IMG/VR virus record: IMGVR_UViG_3300050015_000990
Coordinates: 1,912 to 65,911 of that record
DNA: 64,000 nucleotides
Strand: one strand, 5' to 3'
DNA from: a virus
Lineage: Duplodnaviria; Caudoviricetes
Shown: piece by piece, positions 57,768 through 64,000 of the stretch
Position numbering within the stretch: position 1 is the stretch's first letter
Layout of the letters: each line of letters opens with the position of its first letter
Made by a program: the position numbers and the translations under genes
The notes under the pieces: model-generated
The model's database searches: none
What the model saw: only the letters and a program-made list of their open reading frames with translations
Told to the model about the DNA's origin: nothing

Positions 57768-58565
57768 TTAAAAATCCGTGATGGATTCGTCATATTTTTC
57801 GTCTTTTACAACCATCGAAGTAACGGTTATGGTTTGACTATCTTTTGATTTATAAATAATTTTTTCATCAGATAAATCAACATCATAATTTTCTAAGTCG
57901 ATCTTTTCAAATTGTAACTTATAAATTGATATACCTGCTTCTGCTTCACCTGAATCCCCTAAAGCAAATTCAAAGGTTTTTCCTCTAACATTTAATTTAT
58001 TTCCCTTAGTTTTAAAATCTAGAAATTTATATTCATTATCCAAAGCACAAAGAGAATTAATCTTTTCTATTTTGAGACTAGGAAGTTCAAATGAAACTTC
58101 TGGAGCAATTTGAGCAATATTATTGAGAAAAAGATTATCCGAAATATATTTAAAAATGTGAAGAGGAGTACAATTGAGATTCATTTTAAGGGTAGGATTT
58201 TTAAGAAGAATGCTTGTTCCAACAAATCCTGCATCTTCTCCAATAACCTCATCATATTTAAATCCTAAATAAAATTCTTCGGAAACAAAATGTTCAAGGG
58301 ATTTCATAAGCCTCGGAATATGATAAATACCTACTTTTATTCGGGTTTTAAGCGAGGGCTTACTGGTAATCTCAAGACCAGCATCTTCAAAAGATATTCT
58401 GGAAAACTTAACTACACTTTTTTCAGGATTATTGGATTTGGCTAAAAATTCTTGAGCTGTTTCATCAATCTCCAAGAGGAGAGAATTGTCAATAGAAGAA
58501 AATCTTTTTAACCATGAAGTAAAAGGTCGAATATTCTTCGCCTTGAACTCTAATACTTTTGCCAT
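57768..58565 (-). CDS. Putative sliding clamp (gp45/PCNA-like)
   Basis: 265 aa, 'LKRFSSIDNSLL', 'VGIYHIPRLMKSL'; next to the polymerase. Confidence 0.55.
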   Translation of the reverse strand: MAKVLEFKAKNIRPFTSWLKRFSSIDNSLLLEIDETAQEFLAKSNNPEKSVVKFSRISFEDAGLEITSKPSLKTRIKVGIYHIPRLMKSLEHFVSEEFYLGFKYDEVIGEDAGFVGTSILLKNPTLKMNLNCTPLHIFKYISDNLFLNNIAQIAPEVSFELPSLKIEKINSLCALDNEYKFLDFKTKGNKLNVRGKTFEFALGDSGEAEAGISIYKLQFEKIDLENYDVDLSDEKIIYKSKDSQTITVTSMVVKDEKYDESITDF

Positions 58566-58599
58566 AGTAATTTTATTTGTAATTATTATATTTTGTATG

Positions 58600-58627
58600 T
58601 TTTATGATGATAGGATAAAGAAGTTTT
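58600..58627 (-). promoter_or_regulatory. Candidate middle promoter AAAACT-N17-TAAAA
   Basis: Upstream of the clamp gene. Confidence 0.6.
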
Positions 58628-58632
58628 AATTA

Positions 58633-59154
58633 TTATCCCTTAAATTTTAATTCTGTATGATCTATTCTATAAACTCCGGAATTAAACCATTTTATCATCA
58701 TACTTTCAAAATTATCTTCAAACCATTCTTCAGTCATTTCATAAAACCATATTTTAGCTTTTGCTGGATCTAATAACCGATCAATTATTTTATTAAAAAC
58801 CTCCGGATTATCCCAAAATGTTGCTTCTTCTTTGTTAAACATATTGGTAGGTTTATTCTGCATATTGTTTAGGGAGAATGGAATTCCTCTAAATTTCCAG
58901 TCTCCAATAAGTCCTTCCCCGTGAAAATATATTGAATCTGCTCTTTGAGATTCATTTTTGGTAGAATAATAAAGATGGGTCCAATAAGTATACTTATTTT
59001 TGAATGAATCTACAACATAGCAGAAATAGGTAAAGAGAATCTTGCCATCATGATCCTCCCTCCATTTTCTATGGAGAATACCTATGCTCATTGCTGTTTT
59101 AGGATCCTGACCTCTTTCGAAGTTTAGAACTTCATTAACCTCTTTGGCTTTCAT
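58633..59154 (-). CDS. FERG-tag family protein
   Basis: MKAKEVNEVLNFERGQDPKTAMSIG. Confidence 0.85.
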   Translation of the reverse strand: MKAKEVNEVLNFERGQDPKTAMSIGILHRKWREDHDGKILFTYFCYVVDSFKNKYTYWTHLYYSTKNESQRADSIYFHGEGLIGDWKFRGIPFSLNNMQNKPTNMFNKEEATFWDNPEVFNKIIDRLLDPAKAKIWFYEMTEEWFEDNFESMMIKWFNSGVYRIDHTELKFKG

Positions 59155-59857
59155 AAAGAAATTCTTCTAATGTTACTGGAGAATAATGCTCATTTACAGA
59201 TTCATTATTCACATAACTTAATAAAAATTCTCGAACAATTTGTTTATAGACAGTTGATTCAAAACCAGGATTCCAATCCTCCCGATGTTCTTCTTCAAGA
59301 AATTTTGAAAAATCTACAATTATTTTATCTTCAGATTCAGGATCATCCAAATCAAATTCCGGCAAATTAGTAAATTTATTAACAAAGAATCCTTTCTCTG
59401 GAAGATATTGATTAAAGAAAAACTCAGAAGCTTTTTCATAATCCCCTTCTGGAATTTTAATACTTTCGCTAATAACTTCTATTTGTGTTGTCTTAAGTTC
59501 CTTTGCAACTAATATAGGATTGATTCCATGAGTTTCAGCATTTTTAATAGCGTCCTCATTTTCTGGATCATTAAGAATAGCATCAATTTCATGTTCTGCA
59601 TATCCTTGACCCTCAAACCATCTCCATATAATATTTAAATAAATATCTAATTTTTGACCAAAAGCTTCATTGACTTTTTTCTTACCTTTCTTTTGAGGAA
59701 GACCTTTATGTTTAGTTTTAGCAAATTTTTCTAGTTCCCCTTTGGACATTTTAACCATTTTAGCAGAAGCAGTTCCTGCTTTAGGTTTTTTACCTTCTTT
59801 TTTAGCTTTTAAAGCTATGGCAGAGGCAATTTGTTGATTTCGGCTGGTTGATGGCAT
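59135..59857 (-). CDS. DUF3008-like basic N-terminus fused to acidic modules
   Basis: 'MPSTSRNQQIASAIALKAKK...MSKGELEKFAKTKHKGLP'; internal VNE, ISES and NNESVNE sites. Confidence 0.6.
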   Translation of the reverse strand: MPSTSRNQQIASAIALKAKKEGKKPKAGTASAKMVKMSKGELEKFAKTKHKGLPQKKGKKKVNEAFGQKLDIYLNIIWRWFEGQGYAEHEIDAILNDPENEDAIKNAETHGINPILVAKELKTTQIEVISESIKIPEGDYEKASEFFFNQYLPEKGFFVNKFTNLPEFDLDDPESEDKIIVDFSKFLEEEHREDWNPGFESTVYKQIVREFLLSYVNNESVNEHYSPVTLEEFLYESQRG

Positions 59858-59876
59858 GACGAATAATTTTATTTAT

Positions 59877-61295
59877 TTATTCGACCTCCTCTTCAAGATC
59901 TTCAACTTTTTCTCCTCCTTTATCAAAAGGATCTTCTCCATCCCATATAAGGACTCCATTTACCTCTGTTAAATCTTCTGAATCAAATAGATCAACAGTA
60001 TTCTTTTTAGAGGAAATTCCTCGAACAAGGGTGGGATCCTTTGCTTTATCAAATGCAATTTTGACTTTAATAAGATCTTTTTCCTTAGCCTTAAGATCCC
60101 TTTCAAGTTCTTTTATTTTTTCTTTTGTAGCAATAAGTTCATCCTTAGTAAATTTCTTAGAGGTAAGTCCTTCGAGACGGCTTTTAATTTCTGGTTGATA
60201 TGGTTTTAAAAACTGATCCAATTCATCAACTGTTCTCTTTTTAAGAAGAATAAAGTTTATAAATTCTTCTTTAGCCCGATTAAAAATTAATTCTGCTGAT
60301 AACCAATTCCTTTCATATTCTATATTTTTCCAAAGAAGTCTTTTTACCTGCCATTTATAATCATCAAGATATTGTTCAATATTTTCATAAACTAGAACCT
60401 GTCCGTCTTTAACAAAAACCGGGGATTCCGTAACTATAATCGAAAAAGCTTTTTCAACATATTCCTGAATTTCTTTCCATTCTTTGGCATTTTTTCCTGT
60501 ATAGATTATATCAATATTAACTTTTTTCTTAGAATTGTTTAATATTTTTATAAGTCCCTCATATCGGTTAAAGAGATAATCAAGGCGTTTAAGGACAGAA
60601 GTATAGTTAAGAATTGGAGGTAGTTCCCTAATTTCTAATCTTTTCTCATTTACATCTATTTTAGAAGAGAGCATCCAGGAATTTTCTAAACCTTTATGCT
60701 TATGAATAGTTCCTTTAAAGTCATGAAAATGAGGGGGAACTTTATCTCTCTTACCTTCGAGATATTCTTTTATATCAGAGAGCTTACGAGGTAAAATAGT
60801 GGTTTTATATCCTACTGCAATACCTACAATAGAAGTAGTTAAGCCAAGGGGAACATCTAGCCAAAATGGATCATAGGGTCCATCAATTTTTCTTGTGGTT
60901 AAATATTTGTATTTTTTAAGGATTTCTGCTGTTTCTTTTGAAAGCTTTACTGAAGTATATCTAGCAGCAGCTGGATCTGGGCAAACTTCACTTCCAAAGA
61001 ATCCATATCCTTCAAGTATTTGAAGAGAAGATCCAAATGGTCTTGCAAGTTTAGAAATAGCTTTTCCCAAACTTAAATCCCCATGATGATAACCATCTTT
61101 AATACTATCTCCGACAACAGATAGAGTTTTTGTTGATCCCTGGGGACAGTTCATAAGAATATATCTTTGAACCGGGGTTAAAGCATCATAAAATGAAGGG
61201 ATGCCCCGGGATTCAAGAACATAAACAGAATAATCCCTAAATTTAGTATCTATAAATTTAGAAATAGGGAGTCTAACTATTTTGGTCTTCACCAT
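59877..61295 (-). CDS. Type II topoisomerase subunit A (T4 gp52/GyrA-like)
   Basis: 'RGIPSFYDALTPVQR', 'YHHGD', 'G.FGS', catalytic 'AAARYT', 'GIAVGY', 'ELP'. Confidence 0.9.
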   Translation of the reverse strand: MVKTKIVRLPISKFIDTKFRDYSVYVLESRGIPSFYDALTPVQRYILMNCPQGSTKTLSVVGDSIKDGYHHGDLSLGKAISKLARPFGSSLQILEGYGFFGSEVCPDPAAARYTSVKLSKETAEILKKYKYLTTRKIDGPYDPFWLDVPLGLTTSIVGIAVGYKTTILPRKLSDIKEYLEGKRDKVPPHFHDFKGTIHKHKGLENSWMLSSKIDVNEKRLEIRELPPILNYTSVLKRLDYLFNRYEGLIKILNNSKKKVNIDIIYTGKNAKEWKEIQEYVEKAFSIIVTESPVFVKDGQVLVYENIEQYLDDYKWQVKRLLWKNIEYERNWLSAELIFNRAKEEFINFILLKKRTVDELDQFLKPYQPEIKSRLEGLTSKKFTKDELIATKEKIKELERDLKAKEKDLIKVKIAFDKAKDPTLVRGISSKKNTVDLFDSEDLTEVNGVLIWDGEDPFDKGGEKVEDLEEEVE

Positions 61296-61461
61296 TTCTT
61301 TTTAAATCTTCAAGTTTCTGAGAAATTTCTCTACAGTCATCATTTAAAATATTCCAGTAAAGAGCTCCACCCATTTGATCCCTAAGACTATAAGCTTCTT
61401 TTAAATTTTTTTCTCCTTGTTCAATTGTTTTAAAATCCCCAAATCTTTCTAAATAATTCAT
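61273..61461 (-). CDS. Small hypothetical protein
   Basis: Follows a TATATTTG element. Confidence 0.5.
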   Translation of the reverse strand: MNYLERFGDFKTIEQGEKNLKEAYSLRDQMGGALYWNILNDDCREISQKLEDLKRNGEDQNS

Positions 61462-61512
61462 AGATATATTATTAGTAGTACAAATATACTAATAATTTCT
61501 CAAATAGAAAAA

Positions 61513-61698
61513 TTATTCATGAACAATATACGGATATCTTACAGAATAAGTTTGTTCGTAAGCGCATTTTGTACATTTATGAGGATATTGAGGGGGATTA
61601 CTTAAAAGGGTAATTCCTGTTGGACGCATCCATCCTTGTCCACATACGGGACAACGTTCATCGACTTGAGATGTTTCCACTTTTCTAACTTCAGTCAT
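61513..61698 (-). CDS. Small zinc-ribbon protein
   Basis: CPVC...HKCTKC, 'SNPPQYPH'. Confidence 0.65.
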   Translation of the reverse strand: MTEVRKVETSQVDERCPVCGQGWMRPTGITLLSNPPQYPHKCTKCAYEQTYSVRYPYIVHE

Positions 61699-61703
61699 AT
61701 TTT

Positions 61704-62054
61704 TTAGTTTTTATTTAATAGATTATTATTTTTACAATATTCTAAGCAGTCATCGGTACTCCCTTCTATCCAATCTTTAGCTCCTTCTTCTAAATGTTTA
61801 TCAACTTCACAAAGAGGACAATATGGATTTTCGTTTTCATCTAATCCCATAATTCCTATACCTGCATCCTTTATTGAAGCTGCAGCAATAGCAAGATTAG
61901 CTGCCATTAGTGGGTCATAAGTAGTTAATTCCTTATTAATTTCCTTTTTAAGTCTATCGGCTAATTCTTCCCCGCTTTTAGAAATTAAATGAGACATTCC
62001 TTTTTGATTAATAGCTTCTTTTAATTGATCCCAGTGAGTTTGACAGATTTTCAT
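61704..62054 (-). CDS. Hypothetical protein (Cys/His, possible Zn binding)
   Basis: 'CQTHW' ... 'CPLC'. Confidence 0.6.
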   Translation of the reverse strand: MKICQTHWDQLKEAINQKGMSHLISKSGEELADRLKKEINKELTTYDPLMAANLAIAAASIKDAGIGIMGLDENENPYCPLCEVDKHLEEGAKDWIEGSTDDCLEYCKNNNLLNKN

Positions 62055-62269
62055 TTATAAGTTTGTTAAATTCAAGGCTGTAAAATATCCATCAGCCCAT
62101 TGAAGACGAGATCTAAAAGATTCATGATTGAATTCTTTAATCAACTTTCCTTTTCCATCCAAGACTTTTGAATGAAATCCTTTAAAATCCTGTTCATTTA
62201 CTTCTGCAGTATCAAAAGTAAGATCCGCAGGAAACCCATTTTCTTTTTTGAAACAAAGCATATTAAAAA

Positions 62270-62551
62270 TTATTTGGATTTTCTTTTTGGAGTTCCGTGG
62301 ATCTCCATTGCGCAAACAGCTAAAGCTGCTATTTTTCTTATAGAAGCTGTAGCTTTCTTGGGTTCCAATGCATATACTGCATGTTTAGCTTCACCTAAAT
62401 GAAACTCAATATAATTAAGCCATTCAGCAATACTTTTTCTTTCATCAAAAATATCAGGTTTGTGATTTCGAGTTTCAAGTTCATTACTCCAAAGACTATC
62501 CTGATAATCTCTTTCACCATCAATGAGATGGTAAACTTCTTTTCTTTCCAT
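62270..62551 (-). CDS. MazG-fold-like helical protein
   Basis: 'IDGERDYQD..W', 'EWL', 'IRKIAALAVCAME.HG'. Confidence 0.5.
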   Translation of the reverse strand: MERKEVYHLIDGERDYQDSLWSNELETRNHKPDIFDERKSIAEWLNYIEFHLGEAKHAVYALEPKKATASIRKIAALAVCAMEIHGTPKRKSK

Positions 62552-62918
62552 TTTCCGATTCTTTAAATTCGTCATTTTCTAACATTACTGATCCATTTTT
62601 AACAGCGGGATAAAAAGTAATGGTTACCCTATGCTGTTTAAATTTTTTCATTAATCTTTCAGCTAAATTTTGAGCTCTCCTTCTAATTTCGGCTTCACTG
62701 TAAGGATATCTAGGATAGTTGATAAAACCAATAATTAAGCCAGGTTCTTCTCCGTGAACATATGCAAAGTGAGTAGGGGAAATTGTCACACATTGTCCTA
62801 TTTCTACACAATATTTTTGAATTTCTTCACAGAGTTCTTGGGATGTAAAAATATTATCTGTATATCCTTCTCTTAAGCCTAGCCAAATTTTAGCTTCATA
62901 ATTATCTACAATTTTCAT
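62520..62918 (-). CDS. Hypothetical protein
   Basis: 'GLREGY', 'GEEPG..IGFINYPR', 'FKQHRV'. Confidence 0.65.
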   Translation of the reverse strand: MKIVDNYEAKIWLGLREGYTDNIFTSQELCEEIQKYCVEIGQCVTISPTHFAYVHGEEPGLIIGFINYPRYPYSEAEIRRRAQNLAERLMKKFKQHRVTITFYPAVKNGSVMLENDEFKESENGKKRSLPSH

Positions 62919-63229
62919 TTAGAAATTTTTATACCATATTTTTTTTCTGCCTCTGAAATTTCAAGAACTTCATCAAAAGAATTTCCCAAATCTTTTTGTT
63001 TATAAAATTCTCCACTCCATTTCCAAAATACCCATTTACGATATAAAGAATGATAAAAAATTCTAACGGAATCCTTATGAACATCTGGATGTTTTACAAA
63101 TCTTATCCAATGGATTTTTAAAGGAGTTTTAAATCTAAAACTAACATCTATTGAAAAACGCTTATTTACATCTTCAAAAGATATTTTTCCATCTTCATTC
63201 GTTGGTTGCCAATTTTTATTATATTTCAT
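62915..63229 (-). CDS. Hypothetical protein
   Basis: ORF coupled to its neighbours by ATGA overlaps. Confidence 0.55.
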   Translation of the reverse strand: MKYNKNWQPTNEDGKISFEDVNKRFSIDVSFRFKTPLKIHWIRFVKHPDVHKDSVRIFYHSLYRKWVFWKWSGEFYKQKDLGNSFDEVLEISEAEKKYGIKISK

Positions 63230-63579
63230 GATTTATAAATTTCAGCCCATTCATCAAGCATCCTGGGATAGCTTTTTCCCGGACCATATGGAACATTTTC
63301 TACAACAACTATCTTTCTTCCATAAGCAAAAGCAACACCCATGTCAAAATGAGTTCCCTGGGAATCTGGATTATAAAAGATATGAACTTCATCGCATATA
63401 GCTATAGCTCGTGCATTCTGGGAACAAATATTATATCCAGTATCATCTTGCTTTGTATCTCTATGAGGAAGATGAACTTCATTTCCCTCGCTTTCAAGTT
63501 TAGTTACATAATCTTCAAGTTTCTTTTTGTACTCCTCGGGAGCTCCCCTAACAGTACAGATAATAAAAATCTTTTTCAT
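63226..63579 (-). CDS. Nucleoside 2-deoxyribosyltransferase-like protein
   Basis: 'VHLPHRD', 'AIAICDEVHIFY...SQGTHFDMGVAFAYGRKI'. Confidence 0.7.
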   Translation of the reverse strand: MKKIFIICTVRGAPEEYKKKLEDYVTKLESEGNEVHLPHRDTKQDDTGYNICSQNARAIAICDEVHIFYNPDSQGTHFDMGVAFAYGRKIVVVENVPYGPGKSYPRMLDEWAEIYKS

Positions 63580-63971
63580 CGTATTTGTTTTTCTAAATGG
63601 TATTTTATAAGAAATTCAGATAATTTTTTTTCATCACAATGAATAAAAAGAAAATAACTCGGCTCTCCTTTCATCGTAGCAAATCCTATTTCCAATTGAT
63701 ATTCTCCGGAAAGAGCTATTCCTTCTCCTTTAAATCCTTTTCGATGAATAAAAACAAAATGGCAATCATCGTCCAGTTTTTTTAAAATCTCTTCAAAGGA
63801 CATTTCTATTTTTTGTCGTGCCCAAGATTTTCTAGCATCTAAAACATCCACATGCCAATTAAAAGAAAGATCACGAGCATCTTTAAGAATTTCTTTCTTT
63901 TGTTCAAGAGTTAATTCCTGAGTATTATAAAACTCATCGGGTTCGTAATTATCATCCATTAACAATTTCAT
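63576..63971 (-). CDS. Hypothetical protein
   Basis: ORF coupled to the downstream gene by an overlap. Confidence 0.55.
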   Translation of the reverse strand: MKLLMDDNYEPDEFYNTQELTLEQKKEILKDARDLSFNWHVDVLDARKSWARQKIEMSFEEILKKLDDDCHFVFIHRKGFKGEGIALSGEYQLEIGFATMKGEPSYFLFIHCDEKKLSEFLIKYHLEKQIR

Positions 63972-64000
63972 TTTTTAAATCTTTTTTATACCAATTTGGA

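Noticed and set aside
17397-59154. FERG repeats as a CRISPR array, integron attC sites or DGR template/variable repeats
   Set aside because: The repeats are in-frame coding sequence with synonymous variation and no palindromic structure. No cas, integrase or reverse transcriptase gene is in the window, and no adenine-specific repeat pair was seen. A secondary role as recombination homology is not excluded.
1-64000. Genome-wide stop codon reassignment (TAG to Gln, as in some Bacteroidota phages)
   Set aside because: Long genes are intact in the standard code and several end at TAG followed by intergenic DNA. Only one suspicious TAG (51281) was found.

Overview
This is a very AT-rich, gene-dense segment of a large tailed phage with T4-superfamily core genes. 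The host is probably Bacteroidota, based on TAnnTTTG promoter elements, BACON-like domains and a tmRNA tag that starts with Gly. Bases 1-12.9 kb (+) encode virion structural proteins. Bases 13-64 kb (-) encode an ECF-like sigma factor, thymidylate kinase, portal (gp20), gp2, gp4, late sigma gp55, gp15, a DinG-like helicase, gp46/gp47, gp41 helicase, UvsX, the C-terminal half of a split PolB, a sliding clamp, topoisomerase II A, nucleotide-metabolism enzymes and two GIY-YIG endonucleases (a third ends the + strand block). The main candidate for a new system is a family of 17 ORFs carrying 22 copies of a conserved ~20-aa tag, (E-S/x-x-N)-F-E/I-R-G-x-D-P-K-x-A/S-M-x-I-G. The tag is fused to varied ~100-aa cargo domains, the genes form translationally coupled arrays, and the tag is repeated inside polyproteins after protease-like x-x-E|S sites. 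I infer a modular capsid-loaded cargo system. Other notable items are a circularly permuted two-piece tmRNA, a tRNA-like RNA without an anticodon loop, an apparently inactive gp21-like protease, an AAAACT-N17-TAWAA promoter set before replication genes, and frequent D-x-S motifs in virion proteins. All calls were made by eye; no database searches were run.
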